64,000 nt of DNA from Saprospiraceae bacterium. Lineage in GTDB: Bacteria; Bacteroidota; Bacteroidia; Chitinophagales; Saprospiraceae. The notes under the pieces are model-generated. The model was not told the DNA's origin and made no database searches. It was given only the letters and a program-made list of their open reading frames with translations. Location of the stretch: the NCBI GenBank assembly GCA_016714785.1, contig JADKCC010000057.1:9938-73937 (forward strand), written 5' to 3'. How positions within the stretch are numbered: position 1 is the first letter of the stretch; every line of letters starts with the position of its first letter. A program made the position numbers and the translations under genes. Below are positions 18,581 through 29,122 of this stretch, piece by piece.

Positions 18581-19570
18581 ATGGCAAAAATCCTTGCAGC
18601 AATAACAGGAGTAGGAGGATATGTTCCTGAAGATATCCTTAGTAATGCAGATCTTGAAAAGATGGTAGATACAACGGATGAATGGATTACTACTAGAACA
18701 GGAATAAAGGAGCGGAGAATACTTAAGACACCAGGTAAAGCTACATCTGACATGGGTGTAGCGGTGGTCAATCAAATTTTGGCGAAAACAGGTGTAAAAG
18801 CTGAAGAGATAGATTTGCTGATCTGTGCTACAGTGACACCAGATACTACTTTTCCAGATACTGCCAATACTATTTTGGACAAGGTAGGTGCAAAAAATGC
18901 TTTTGGTTATGATATCAATGCCGCATGTTCAGGTTTTTTGTTTGCACTGACTACAGGCGCAAAGTTTATTGAATCTGGTATGTACAAAAAAGTCATCATC
19001 ATAGGAGCAGATAAAATGTCAGCAATAGTTGATTATACTGACCGTACTACCTGTATCATATTTGGTGATGGCGCTGGAGGCGTCTTGTTAGAGCCAAGTG
19101 AAGATGGCAATGGAGTGATAGATGCGATATTAAAATCAGATGGATCAGGGCGAGAATTTTTACACATGAAAGCAGGTGGTTCGTTAAAACCAGCGACGGC
19201 AGAGACTGTGGCCAATAAAGAACATTTCGTATTTCAAGATGGCAAACCAGTATTTAAAGCCGCAGTAACGGGTATGGTCTCTACAGTCAAACAAGTGTTG
19301 GAGCGCAACAATATGACAGTAGATGATATCGATTGGCTGGTGCCTCATCAGGCCAATATGCGTATTATAAATTCTGTGGGCGACATGTTGGATATTCCAA
19401 AAGAAAAAGTGATGGTCAATATCCATAAGTATGGCAACACGACTGCGGGAACACTTCCATTATGTCTTTGGGAATATGAATCCCAACTTAAAAAAGGAGA
19501 CAAACTAATGCTTACTGCATTTGGAGGAGGATTTACTTGGGGAAGCCTTTTGATAAAATGGGCTTATTGA
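18581..19570 (+). CDS. fabH: Beta-ketoacyl-ACP synthase III
   Basis: 329 aa with the active-site contexts NAACSGF, VPHQANMRI and GNTTAGTLP. Confidence 0.95.
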   Translation: MAKILAAITGVGGYVPEDILSNADLEKMVDTTDEWITTRTGIKERRILKTPGKATSDMGVAVVNQILAKTGVKAEEIDLLICATVTPDTTFPDTANTILDKVGAKNAFGYDINAACSGFLFALTTGAKFIESGMYKKVIIIGADKMSAIVDYTDRTTCIIFGDGAGGVLLEPSEDGNGVIDAILKSDGSGREFLHMKAGGSLKPATAETVANKEHFVFQDGKPVFKAAVTGMVSTVKQVLERNNMTVDDIDWLVPHQANMRIINSVGDMLDIPKEKVMVNIHKYGNTTAGTLPLCLWEYESQLKKGDKLMLTAFGGGFTWGSLLIKWAY

Positions 19571-19602
19571 TGGTATTAATTTGGATTACCAAAGAAGTTT
19601 AT

Positions 19603-19610
19603 TAATTTTG
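19603..19610 (+). promoter_or_regulatory. -7 promoter box TAATTTTG for efp-accB-accC
   Basis: TAnnTTTG match 33 nt upstream of the efp ATG. Confidence 0.4.
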
Positions 19611-19642
19611 CAAAGTTTTTAAAATAAAAGTAATAATAATTT

Positions 19643-20209
19643 ATGGCTAGTACTTCAGATATTAGAAATGGTCTTTGCCTTACTTATAATGGAGATATAT
19701 ACTCTGTGGTGGAGTTTCTTCATGTAAAGCCAGGCAAAGGTAATGCGTTTGTTAGAACAAAATTGAAAAGCTTAACTACGGGTAAAGTAGTAGAAAATAC
19801 ATTTCCTGCGGGTCATAAAATAGATGACGTAAGAGTAGAGAGAAGGAAGTTTCAGTTTTTATATAGCGATGAGAGTGGTTTTAATTTTATGGATATTGAG
19901 ACATATGACCAAGTGACGCTCAATGAGGCAATGCTTGAAAGACCTGATTTTTTGAAGGAAGGCAGTGAAATTGAAATTTTGTTTCATGCCGAGAAAAACA
20001 TTCCTTTGACAGCGGAAATGCCACAATCTATCGTACTTGAAATCACCTATACCGAACCAGGAGTGAGAGGTGATACTGCAACGAACGTAACAAAACCAGC
20101 GACGGTAGAAACTGGCGCTGAAGTAAAAGTTCCTATCTTTATCAATCAAGGTGATAAAATCAAGATTGATACTCGTACAGGAGCATATTTAGAAAGAGTC
20201 AAAGCATAA
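19643..20209 (+). CDS. efp: Elongation factor P
   Basis: 188 aa. MASTSDIRNGLCLTYNGDIYSVVEFLHVKPGKGNAFVRTKLKSL is a canonical EF-P N-terminus. Confidence 0.97.
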   Translation: MASTSDIRNGLCLTYNGDIYSVVEFLHVKPGKGNAFVRTKLKSLTTGKVVENTFPAGHKIDDVRVERRKFQFLYSDESGFNFMDIETYDQVTLNEAMLERPDFLKEGSEIEILFHAEKNIPLTAEMPQSIVLEITYTEPGVRGDTATNVTKPATVETGAEVKVPIFINQGDKIKIDTRTGAYLERVKA

Positions 20210-20229
20210 CCACCTAAAATATAAGCCTT

Positions 20230-20727
20230 ATGAATTTCAATGAAGTACAAGAACTTATCAAACTAATCAATAAGTCAAATCTTACAGAGTTCAAGCTCAA
20301 GGACAAAGATTTTGAAGTACTGATAAGAACAGACAAATACCAAAAAGGGTCAGGGCAAACATTTATTGCTGCGCCTCAGGCTATGCCTATGTCTGCACCA
20401 CTGCAACCATCAAGTCCTTCGATACCCGTACCATCTGCAAAAACAGAGGAACTAAATGGTAACAGTGCCGAAGTTACAAAAGCTAAAAATTTGATTGAGA
20501 TAAAATCTCCTATAGTAGGTACATTTTATAGGGCATCGGGACCAGATAAACCAGTATTTACTAAAGTAGGCGATCAAGTAAAACAAGGTGATGTAGTGTG
20601 TATCATTGAGGCCATGAAATTATTTAATGAAATAGAAAGCGACGTCGCTGGTACGATTGTGAAAGTGTTGGTAGAGGATGCTTCTCCAGTAGAATATGAC
20701 CAAGTCTTATTCTTAGTTGAAGCATAA
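20230..20727 (+). CDS. accB: Acetyl-CoA carboxylase biotin carboxyl carrier protein
   Basis: Pro/Ala-rich linker followed by the biotinyl domain, with the CIIEAMKLFNEIE biotinylation motif. Confidence 0.95.
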   Translation: MNFNEVQELIKLINKSNLTEFKLKDKDFEVLIRTDKYQKGSGQTFIAAPQAMPMSAPLQPSSPSIPVPSAKTEELNGNSAEVTKAKNLIEIKSPIVGTFYRASGPDKPVFTKVGDQVKQGDVVCIIEAMKLFNEIESDVAGTIVKVLVEDASPVEYDQVLFLVEA

Positions 20728-20773
20728 TTACAGTGAGACAAGTCTCTTTTTTATTTATCCATAAGTAAATTAC

Positions 20774-22123
20774 ATGTTTAATAAGATATTAATAGCCAAT
20801 AGAGGTGAAATAGCCTTACGTATCATTCGTACCTGTAAAGAAATGGGTATCAAAACAGTAGCCATATATTCAAAAGCTGATGCTGAAAGCCTTCACGTAA
20901 GATTTGCTGATGAAGCAGTTTGTATAGGGCCTGCTGCCTCGTCAGAGTCGTATCTCAATATACCACGAATAATGGCAGCGGTAGAGATAACCAATGCAGA
21001 TGCAATCCACCCAGGGTATGGTTTCTTGGCTGAGAATGCAAACTTTGCAGAAATATGCAGACAATCTGGCGTGAAGTTTATAGGACCAACACCAGAAATG
21101 ATCAATAAAATGGGAGATAAGGTCACGGCCAAAGAGACCATGATAAAAGCAGGTGTACCTGTAGTACCTGGGTCTGACGGATTGCTCAAAGATGTGAAAC
21201 AAGGTATAAAAATAGCCAATCAAATAGGGTATCCGGTCATACTAAAAGCTACCGCAGGTGGTGGTGGAAAAGGGATGCGTATTGTCAATAAAGATGATGA
21301 ATTTGAAGAAGCATGGGATAGTGCTAGAAAAGAAGCAAAAGCATCTTTTACCAATGACGGTATATATGTAGAAAAATATGTAGTGGAACCAAGACATATA
21401 GAATTCCAAATAGTTGGTGACCAATTTGGTAATGTATGTCATCTTTCTGAAAGAGATTGTTCTATACAAAGAAGGCATCAAAAATTAGTTGAAGAGAGTC
21501 CATCTCCGTTTATGACGCCTGAACTTCGCGAAAAAATGGGTGAAGCGGCTATCAAAGCAGGCAAGTCTATCAATTATGAAGGTGTAGGTACCATCGAGTT
21601 TTTGGTGGATAAATTCAGAAACTTTTACTTCATGGAAATGAATACCCGTATTCAAGTAGAGCATCCTGTGACAGAAGAAGTCATAGATCATGACCTGATC
21701 AAAGAGCAAATCAAAGTAGCTGCTGGGATTCCTATATCTGGTAAAAATTATTTTCCAACGATGCATGCCATGGAGTGTAGGATCAATGCAGAAGATGTGA
21801 TGAAAGACTTTAGGCCGAGTCCGGGTAAAATTACATCATTCCATAGTGCAAAGGGACATGGCGTGAGAGTCGATACACATGTGTATGCAGGATATACAGT
21901 GCCACCCTATTATGACTCCATGATAGCCAAATTGATCTGTAAAGCGCAGACCAGAGAAGATTGTATCAAAAAAATGCAGAGAGCATTAGATGAGTTTGTA
22001 ATAGAGGGTATAAAAACCACGATTCCTTTTCACAAAGCATTGATGAAGGATGAAGCATTCAAAGCTGGAGATTTTAATACTGGCTTTATGAATACTTTTG
22101 ATATGGACAATTGTAAGGAATAA
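20774..22123 (+). CDS. accC: Acetyl-CoA carboxylase biotin carboxylase subunit
   Basis: 449 aa. It starts [26 protein letters not shown] and has an ATP-grasp core ([22 protein letters not shown]). Confidence 0.97.
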   Translation: MFNKILIANRGEIALRIIRTCKEMGIKTVAIYSKADAESLHVRFADEAVCIGPAASSESYLNIPRIMAAVEITNADAIHPGYGFLAENANFAEICRQSGVKFIGPTPEMINKMGDKVTAKETMIKAGVPVVPGSDGLLKDVKQGIKIANQIGYPVILKATAGGGGKGMRIVNKDDEFEEAWDSARKEAKASFTNDGIYVEKYVVEPRHIEFQIVGDQFGNVCHLSERDCSIQRRHQKLVEESPSPFMTPELREKMGEAAIKAGKSINYEGVGTIEFLVDKFRNFYFMEMNTRIQVEHPVTEEVIDHDLIKEQIKVAAGIPISGKNYFPTMHAMECRINAEDVMKDFRPSPGKITSFHSAKGHGVRVDTHVYAGYTVPPYYDSMIAKLICKAQTREDCIKKMQRALDEFVIEGIKTTIPFHKALMKDEAFKAGDFNTGFMNTFDMDNCKE

Positions 22124-22157
22124 TTAAAGTAATTTCGTTATAAAACAACATAAATAA

Positions 22158-23966
22158 ATGGAGGGATTCTGGCGATTGTTATCCAGAATAAAGGATTATA
22201 AGCGAAATTTTATACTTAGTATTATTTCCAATATTCTTTTTTCTATTTTCACGATCATCAGTATCCCTCTGCTTGTTCCCTTTTTTACTATACTTTTTGA
22301 TAGATCAACACCTGAACCTGTTCTTCCCCAAGGGAATAACCTCAATGAATGGCTTAAATATTCTATCTCCTACTTGATCAACCAACATGGCAAGGAGATG
22401 ACTTTGTTGTATGTTTGCATCACTTTGATTATAGTTTTTTTTCTAAAAAATTTCTTTAGATACACCGCTCAGTACTTTATCACTCCTATGAGATATGGTA
22501 TCATTTATGATTTACGTAAAAAGCTGTTCCAAAAATATCTTGATCTTCCTTTAAGTTTCTATTCCAATGAAAGAAAAGGAGCATTGCTTTCGTCAATCAC
22601 TGTAGATGTACAAGAAGTGGAATGGTCCATATTGAGTGTGATAGAATCCGTGTTTAAGTCACCCGTTATCATGGCAGGAAGTATCATATTTATGCTATAC
22701 ATAAGTCCACAATTGACGGTTTTTGTATTTTTCTTAGTTGTTTTTGCAGGAGTCATTATTGGTAAATCAGTAACTACACTAAAACAAAATTCATTCAATA
22801 TACAAGATTCCATGGCCAACCTTACTTCGCATGTAGAAGAGACACTTGGAGGCCTCCGAATCATAAAAGGATTCAATGCAGAAAGTTATCAAGCTGGCAA
22901 ATTTGAAAAAGAAAATGGATTTTTTAGAGATATTCTCATCAAAGTCATTAATAGACGAGATATGGCTGCACCCTTATCTGAATTTTTGGGTGTCACCGTT
23001 GTTACTATTTTGATGTGGTATGGCGCAACTTTAGTATTTAAGGCAGAATTGGAACCAGAAACGTTTTTTGCTTTTGTATTTGCTTTTTATCAAGTTATTG
23101 AGCCAGCCAAATCGTTTTCTTCTGCTTATTTCAATATTCAAAAAGGGTTGGCTGCCTTGGAGCGTATAGACAGAGTGCTCGATATGCATAATGATATTAC
23201 ATCCAAACCAAACGCTAGAACAAAAAATACTTTCAATCAAAACATCATTTTCGATGGTGTATCTTTTGGATATAAAGATAGTAGTCGTAGTGCCTTGTCT
23301 GATGTAAGTTTGAGCATACAAAAAGGTGAAATTGTAGCACTGGTAGGATCTTCGGGTGCTGGAAAATCAACTTTTGTAGATTTATTGCCAAGGTTTTATG
23401 ATGCAACAGAAGGAAGCATCACCATAGATGGGATCAACACAAAAGATATGACCGTAGCTAGTCTCAGATCGCTTTTTGGTATTGTCTCACAAGATCCCGT
23501 CCTTTTGCATGATACCATTGCAAATAATATTACCTTTGGTAGAAATGAATATACTGATGAGGAAGTAATCGAAGCTGCAAAAATCGCCAATGCCCATGAT
23601 TTTATCTCAGCTTTGCCAAATGGATATCAGACATCTATTGGAGATCGAGGACTGAAACTTTCAGGTGGCCAAAGACAAAGACTGACCATAGCTAGAGCTG
23701 TATTGCGCAATCCACCAATACTCATTCTGGATGAAGCAACATCGGCATTGGACTCAGAGTCCGAAAAGCTAGTACAGGAAGCTTTAGAAAAAGTAATGAA
23801 AAGTAGAACATCTATCGTAGTGGCTCATCGTCTCTCCACTATCCAGAAAGCAAATAAAATCATTGTACTTGAAGATGGCAAAATAGTGCAAACAGGTAAT
23901 CATACTGAACTCGTATCTGTAGATGGTCCTTACAAAAGGTTTGTTGAAATTCAATCTTTTGCTTGA
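22158..23966 (+). CDS. ABC transporter, fused permease/ATPase (MsbA-like exporter)
   Basis: N-terminal six-TM domain, then Walker A GSSGAGKST, the signature LSGGQRQR and Walker B ILILDEATSALD. Confidence 0.9.
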   Translation: MEGFWRLLSRIKDYKRNFILSIISNILFSIFTIISIPLLVPFFTILFDRSTPEPVLPQGNNLNEWLKYSISYLINQHGKEMTLLYVCITLIIVFFLKNFFRYTAQYFITPMRYGIIYDLRKKLFQKYLDLPLSFYSNERKGALLSSITVDVQEVEWSILSVIESVFKSPVIMAGSIIFMLYISPQLTVFVFFLVVFAGVIIGKSVTTLKQNSFNIQDSMANLTSHVEETLGGLRIIKGFNAESYQAGKFEKENGFFRDILIKVINRRDMAAPLSEFLGVTVVTILMWYGATLVFKAELEPETFFAFVFAFYQVIEPAKSFSSAYFNIQKGLAALERIDRVLDMHNDITSKPNARTKNTFNQNIIFDGVSFGYKDSSRSALSDVSLSIQKGEIVALVGSSGAGKSTFVDLLPRFYDATEGSITIDGINTKDMTVASLRSLFGIVSQDPVLLHDTIANNITFGRNEYTDEEVIEAAKIANAHDFISALPNGYQTSIGDRGLKLSGGQRQRLTIARAVLRNPPILILDEATSALDSESEKLVQEALEKVMKSRTSIVVAHRLSTIQKANKIIVLEDGKIVQTGNHTELVSVDGPYKRFVEIQSFA

Positions 23967-24089
23967 TAAGCCACATTCTTTGATTCTTTTGAAAACATGT
24001 GGCTAAGTGTTTTCTATATTATTGAAAAAATTTTTACTGCATATTCCTATTTTGGTTACATTTGCTTTTCATTTAACACATCTAATATC

Positions 24090-26282
24090 ATGAAACATAC
24101 ATTTAAGGGTATATTTATAATAATGTTTTCGTTCATATCCTGTATTTCTTATGCGGGAGAAGGCATGTGGTTGCCGCAACTTTTGAAACTTCTCAACGAA
24201 AATGAGATGAAAAGTATGGGTATGAAAATATCAGCAGATGATATTTATAGCGTAAATAAAGGATCTTTGAAGGATGCTATAGTCCATTTTGGGGGATTTT
24301 GCACATCAGAAATTATTTCTCCCAATGGCCTACTATTAACAAATCATCACTGTGGTTATGGACAGATTCAATCTCACTCTACGGTAGAAAACAATCTTAT
24401 AAAGAATGGATTTTGGGCCAAGAATTACAAAGAAGAGTTACCTAACCAAGGACTCACTGCAACATTTATTGACTATATAGATGATGTATCAACTAAGGTA
24501 CTGACAGGTATTAAACCTGAGATGTCAGCAACAGAAAGGCAATCACTCATAGATAAAAATCTTGCCGATGTTAGAAAAACATATAAGTTGGAGGCGTACC
24601 AAAACGTGATAATACGACCATTTTTTGATGGCAATCAATATTTTGCATTTGTTACCACGGTGTATAGAGATGTGCGTTTGGTTGGTGCACCACCAGAATC
24701 CATTGGTAAATTTGGTTCAGATACTGACAATTGGGTTTGGCCTCGCCATACAGGAGACTTTTCATTATTTAGAATATATGCAGACAAAAACAATAAACCT
24801 GCTGACTACTCTCCAGAAAACGTACCATATAAACCAAAACACTTTCTGCCTATTTCTATGGATGGCATTGCAGAAGGTGACTTTACGATGGTTTTTGGTT
24901 TTCCAGGTAGGACCAATCAATATCTACCATCATCAGCAATCAGTCAAGTATTAGAAACATTAAATCCTGCTAAAATAGCTATCAGAGAGACTTCACTTAA
25001 GATTATGGATAAATATATGCGAGAAGATGAAGCTACTAAAATAAAATATGCAGCCAAATATGCCACGATAGCCAATTATTGGAAAAAATGGATTGGCGAA
25101 TCTATGGGTTTGAAGCAAACTAATGCATTGCAAAAAAAGTTGGATTATGAAGCGAATTTCCAACAGAAACTTGCCGCTGATAGTCCTTATAAAAATTTAC
25201 TTGGCGAGCTTCAAAAGTTGTATAGTGACATAAACCAATATGCACTGGCCAATGATTATTACAGCGAAATAGCTTTGCGTAATGTTGACCTTACGTCCTA
25301 TATGGCTACCCTTAGAAGATTGGTCAATGCTTATGAAAAAAATGGTGAAGCTGGTTATAATGAGTTATTGCTCAATGTAAAAACATTTTCAACAAATTTT
25401 TATAATGATTTTGATAGCGCTATAGATCAAGAAAAATTCTCCGCCCTATTAGATATGTATGTAAAAAATTTGGATAAAAAATTCGTTCCTGAATTTTTAC
25501 AACGCGAAAATTTAGGAATGCAACCAAATGAAACTTACGACCAAATGATCAAAGATCAATACCTAAGTAGTAGTTTCACATCTGTGGAGGATGCTATGGC
25601 CATTTTGAATCTTTCACCAGAAAAAGCAGTTTCAGCCATAAAAAGTGATCCGATATTTGCTTTAACTTCAGAATGGTCGGCATTTTTCAGCAAAGAGATT
25701 TCAACACCTTATAACAACATTCGCAAAGAGATAGATCTAAAATTGGCTCAATACACAAAAGCACAGATGGATGTCTTTACAGAGAAAAGATTCTATCCTG
25801 ATGCCAATAGTACACTACGTGTCACCTACGGCAAAGTAAATGGATATGAGCCAAGAGACGCTGTAAAATACAGTCCCGTGACCTATTTGGATGGTGTCAT
25901 TGCCAAATATGTGCCAGGTGATTACGAATTTGATTTGCAACCAAAAATGTTAGCGCTTTATAAAGCCAAAGATTATGGAGCTTATGCTGATAAAAACGGA
26001 AAACTTCCTGTTTGCTTTATCGGTTCTAATCATACTACAGGTGGCAATTCTGGAAGTCCTGCCATAGATGCGAATGGTAATTTGATTGGTTTAAATTTTG
26101 ATAGGGTTTGGGAAGGGACCATGAGTGATATAAACTATGATGCTAGTATCTGCCGCAATATTATGGTAGATGTAAGGTATATCTTATGGGTTGTAGATAA
26201 GTATGCTGGTGCCGAACACTTAATTAAAGAGATGAAATTGGTGCATCCAAAAGCGATGCCAATTAAAAAGAAAAAGAGGTAA
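24090..26282 (+). CDS. S46-family dipeptidyl-peptidase (DPP7/DPP11-like)
   Basis: Signal peptide followed by GEGMWLPQLL, the His context TNHHCG and the Ser context GGNSGSPAID. The start is trimmed to the Met at 24090 (MKHTFKG). Confidence 0.9.
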   Translation: MKHTFKGIFIIMFSFISCISYAGEGMWLPQLLKLLNENEMKSMGMKISADDIYSVNKGSLKDAIVHFGGFCTSEIISPNGLLLTNHHCGYGQIQSHSTVENNLIKNGFWAKNYKEELPNQGLTATFIDYIDDVSTKVLTGIKPEMSATERQSLIDKNLADVRKTYKLEAYQNVIIRPFFDGNQYFAFVTTVYRDVRLVGAPPESIGKFGSDTDNWVWPRHTGDFSLFRIYADKNNKPADYSPENVPYKPKHFLPISMDGIAEGDFTMVFGFPGRTNQYLPSSAISQVLETLNPAKIAIRETSLKIMDKYMREDEATKIKYAAKYATIANYWKKWIGESMGLKQTNALQKKLDYEANFQQKLAADSPYKNLLGELQKLYSDINQYALANDYYSEIALRNVDLTSYMATLRRLVNAYEKNGEAGYNELLLNVKTFSTNFYNDFDSAIDQEKFSALLDMYVKNLDKKFVPEFLQRENLGMQPNETYDQMIKDQYLSSSFTSVEDAMAILNLSPEKAVSAIKSDPIFALTSEWSAFFSKEISTPYNNIRKEIDLKLAQYTKAQMDVFTEKRFYPDANSTLRVTYGKVNGYEPRDAVKYSPVTYLDGVIAKYVPGDYEFDLQPKMLALYKAKDYGAYADKNGKLPVCFIGSNHTTGGNSGSPAIDANGNLIGLNFDRVWEGTMSDINYDASICRNIMVDVRYILWVVDKYAGAEHLIKEMKLVHPKAMPIKKKKR

Positions 26283-26315
26283 AATAAAACGAAACTCCTA
26301 CTCAATATCCATAGT

Positions 26316-27374
26316 TTGAAGGCCATCTTTAGATATAAAATATTACTTTTCACTATCTTCTTGATGATATTGAATGTCCTCTATGCTTTTGTGAGCAAAG
26401 AGGCTCTACCAATAAATAGTGAATTGTTTACTATCAAAGGGATCACTGTAGTTGCTCCACCAAAAGAAATAGGAGCTCCTGCTTTTAAAAAATTGAAAGA
26501 AATACATACCGAATGGGTATCTTTTGTACCGTATGGGTTTACAAAAAAAGGACAAACAGATATACGTTACAATCTTGAATGGCAATGGTGGGGAGAAAAA
26601 ATCAAAGGTGTAGAGTCTTGTATCTTGGAAGCCAAAAAACAAGGACTAAAAGTAATGCTCAAACCACAAGTTTTCATAAATGGTGGATGGATTGGGGATA
26701 TGGATTTTGCGACTGAGACCGAATGGAAGGCTTGGGAGAAAAGTTATCGTATTTTCATAATGGATTACCTTACCCTAGCATCAAAGCATCAAGTAGAAAT
26801 GTTTTGCATAGGGACGGAGTTTAATATAGCTATCGTCAAAAGAGAAAAATATTGGAAAGAACTTATCAAAGATGCGAGAAAAATATACAAAGGCAAAATC
26901 ACCTATTCTGCCAATTGGGATAACTACGTAAAAGCTAACATCTGGAAAGATTTGGACTATGTAGGTATAAGCAGCTACTTCCCACTGTCTGAAGCAAAAA
27001 ATCCAACAGTGGGTTTACTTTTGAAAGAATGGAAACCTATTGTAAAAAAGCTAAAGTCTTTTGCAAACTTACAGAATAAAAAAATCCTATTTACAGAATA
27101 TGGGTATATGTCTGTAGATGGTTGTGCAGGCAAAGCCTGGGAAATAGAAAAAATGAAGGAAAAGCTAAATATCAATCACTATGCTCAATCAAATGCGTAT
27201 GATGCCTTGTGGACCGCAATGTCAAATGAACCTTTTTGGGCAGGTGGCTTCTTATGGAAGTGGTTTCCTGATGGAATGGGACATGAAGGATATCCAGAAA
27301 AAGACTATACACCACAGAACAAACCGGCAGAATTGATCATTAAAAAATGGTTTAACCAAACAAGAAAAATTTAA
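26316..27374 (+). CDS. Putative TIM-barrel glycoside hydrolase (clan GH-A-like, possibly GH113-type)
   Basis: 352 aa with a signal peptide. The motifs VMLKPQ, CIGTEF, ITYSANWDNY and LFTEYGY fit the conserved strand ends of a (beta/alpha)8 glycosidase. It uses a TTG start at 26316. The family assignment is from memory only. Confidence 0.55.
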   Translation: MKAIFRYKILLFTIFLMILNVLYAFVSKEALPINSELFTIKGITVVAPPKEIGAPAFKKLKEIHTEWVSFVPYGFTKKGQTDIRYNLEWQWWGEKIKGVESCILEAKKQGLKVMLKPQVFINGGWIGDMDFATETEWKAWEKSYRIFIMDYLTLASKHQVEMFCIGTEFNIAIVKREKYWKELIKDARKIYKGKITYSANWDNYVKANIWKDLDYVGISSYFPLSEAKNPTVGLLLKEWKPIVKKLKSFANLQNKKILFTEYGYMSVDGCAGKAWEIEKMKEKLNINHYAQSNAYDALWTAMSNEPFWAGGFLWKWFPDGMGHEGYPEKDYTPQNKPAELIIKKWFNQTRKI

Positions 27375-28224
27375 ATGGTATTAATAATCGAAAAATCAAC
27401 AGAGCTTACGGAATTTATTGCCAAGCATAAAGGTCTCGGCAATACTATCGGTTTTGTACCTACTATGGGTGCCCTACATAGTGGACATATCTCATTAGTA
27501 AAGAAAGCAAAAAAGGAAAACGATTTGGTCATTGTGTCCATTTTTGTCAATCCTACACAATTTAACGACGCAAAAGATCTAGACAAATATCCTCGTACTT
27601 TGGAATCAGATATTTTACAATTGATTCCTACAAAGGTTGATGTAGTATTTGCTCCTAATGTGGCTGAGATATATCCGGAAGGAGAGAATAAAGGCGCTGA
27701 TATTGACCTAGGCAGATTAGATCAATACATGGAAGGTGCCTTCAGACCTGGTCATTTTAAGGGTGTAGCCCAAGTAGTAAAAAGATTGTTGGATATAGTC
27801 AAACCTGATAAACTATATATGGGTCAAAAGGATTTTCAACAATTTACCATCATAGCTTATATGATTAGATCGCTGAAAATCAACACTGAATTAGTGGTGT
27901 GTCGCATCATTCGCGAAGCAAATGGTCTTGCCATGAGTTCACGAAACGAGAGACTAACTGCTCCTACAAGAGAAGCCGCTGGCCTCATTTATAAAACACT
28001 CAAAGCCGCCAAAAACAAAGCTAGCAAAAACACTCCGGAAGAGATTAGTGCTTATGCCATGAAAAAACTAAATGATTCCACCCTTTGATCCAGAATATTT
28101 TAGCATCGTAGATGGCTATACACTTACTCCAATTAAAGATTTTACTTTGGTAAAATATGCCGTAGCGTGTGTCGCTGTTTGGGCGGATGGCGTGCGATTG
28201 ATAGACAATATTATCATAAAATGA
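27375..28224 (+). CDS. panC: Pantoate--beta-alanine ligase, reading frame interrupted at 28083-28088 (+1 shift needed)
   Basis: The N-terminal 237 aa carry PTMGALHSGH and the PanC core. That frame ends ...KKLNDSTL* at 28086-28088. The conserved C-terminus (F)DPEYFSIVDGYTLTPIKDF...AVWADGVRLIDNIIIK* continues in the +1 frame to the stop at 28222-28224. Confidence 0.85.
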
Positions 28225-28228
28225 AAGA

Positions 28229-28840
28229 CTAAAACACTCTATATGCTAGACCAATTTGTAAATTATTAATGCTACTCTTGATGTTCAAAGGATTGCCCGA
28301 GACATTTGTGTACTCTACATGATTTAATGGATTGCTAGATAAATGAGCATGAATAGTTAATCTATCGTGAGGAAACAATTTGATCCCTCCCAAAAATGCT
28401 ACACTACTAGAATTTACTGTTTCAAAAGGGTACTTTATCCAAGTGCCATCAGGTTTTATATATTCTTCATGTCTTATTGACAGACCACAACCACCATAAA
28501 TTGCTAGCAATTGGATTATTCTATATTGAACTTGAGGTAATAGATCAAAATAATGAAATCGTTCTGAAGTATATCCCGTCCCATCTGCATATTTAAAACC
28601 TTTTCTAGAGTATTGTAGATCTAAATTTATCGAAAGTTTTTTTGTTATTCCGATTTCTGGTCTTAATGACAAAAAGTAATTACTCAGAGCTTTGGTTTTT
28701 GGAGTAATGGAACCTGAATCATTTTTGTACTTTACATCTGAAATGTTTACGCCACTGCCTACATAAATTCTGAATTGTCCAAATGACCAGGTAGCAGTGA
28801 TGGTAAGTATCAGTAGAATGGAAAAAAAATTTTGAGTCAT
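28229..28840 (-). CDS. Small outer-membrane beta-barrel protein (PorT/OMP_b-brl_2-like)
   Basis: 203 aa with a signal peptide, an alternating hydrophobic beta-strand pattern and a C-terminal aromatic residue (LAYRVF). Confidence 0.65.
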   Translation of the reverse strand: MTQNFFSILLILTITATWSFGQFRIYVGSGVNISDVKYKNDSGSITPKTKALSNYFLSLRPEIGITKKLSINLDLQYSRKGFKYADGTGYTSERFHYFDLLPQVQYRIIQLLAIYGGCGLSIRHEEYIKPDGTWIKYPFETVNSSSVAFLGGIKLFPHDRLTIHAHLSSNPLNHVEYTNVSGNPLNIKSSINNLQIGLAYRVF

Positions 28841-28948
28841 AAATCTATTTTTATATGTTAATTAATTAAAGTTGAGTTTATACTAAATGTTGTACCAAAT
28901 ATTCTGAAAAGATACCTACAAGTCTTATCAAAAACATTTTCTTATTAC

Positions 28949-28974
28949 TCCTAAAAATCTAAAATGAATTTCCT
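28949..28974 (-). repeat. 25/26-nt motif, copy 2 (inverted relative to 12031-12055)
   Basis: TCCTAAAAATCTAAAATGAATTTCCT is the reverse complement of AGGAAATTCATTTTAGATTTTTAGGA. Confidence 0.85.
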
Positions 28975-29017
28975 ATTCCATATCAAAATTAGAAAACCTA
29001 AAAAAGAAATATAAATA

Positions 29018-29122
29018 GCCGCCAGATTTGCTGACGGTTCCTTCAGTAAATTGAGCTACCACTCAATTTTGCAAAAGCACCACTCAGTCATGCACCATAG
29101 CGATGCTATGGTTTGTCGTCAG
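29018..29122. repeat. GC-rich structured module sharing anchors (CCGCC-N7-CTGACG ... CCATAGCG) with 12183-12250; candidate small structured RNA or DNA element
   Basis: Closing pairing of CTGACG (29031-36) with CGTCAG (29117-22). An 8-bp hairpin pairs AAATTGAG (29048-55) with CTCAATTT (29062-69). A second 8-bp hairpin pairs ACCATAGC (29094-101) with GCTATGGT (29105-112). The words CTACCACTCA and GCACCACTCA lie 21 nt apart. Confidence 0.5.

Noticed and set aside
18446-18775. 109-aa and 64-aa minus-strand ORFs overlapping the fabH start
   Set aside because: They overlap the unambiguous fabH coding frame and its AT-rich upstream spacer. These are shadow ORFs.
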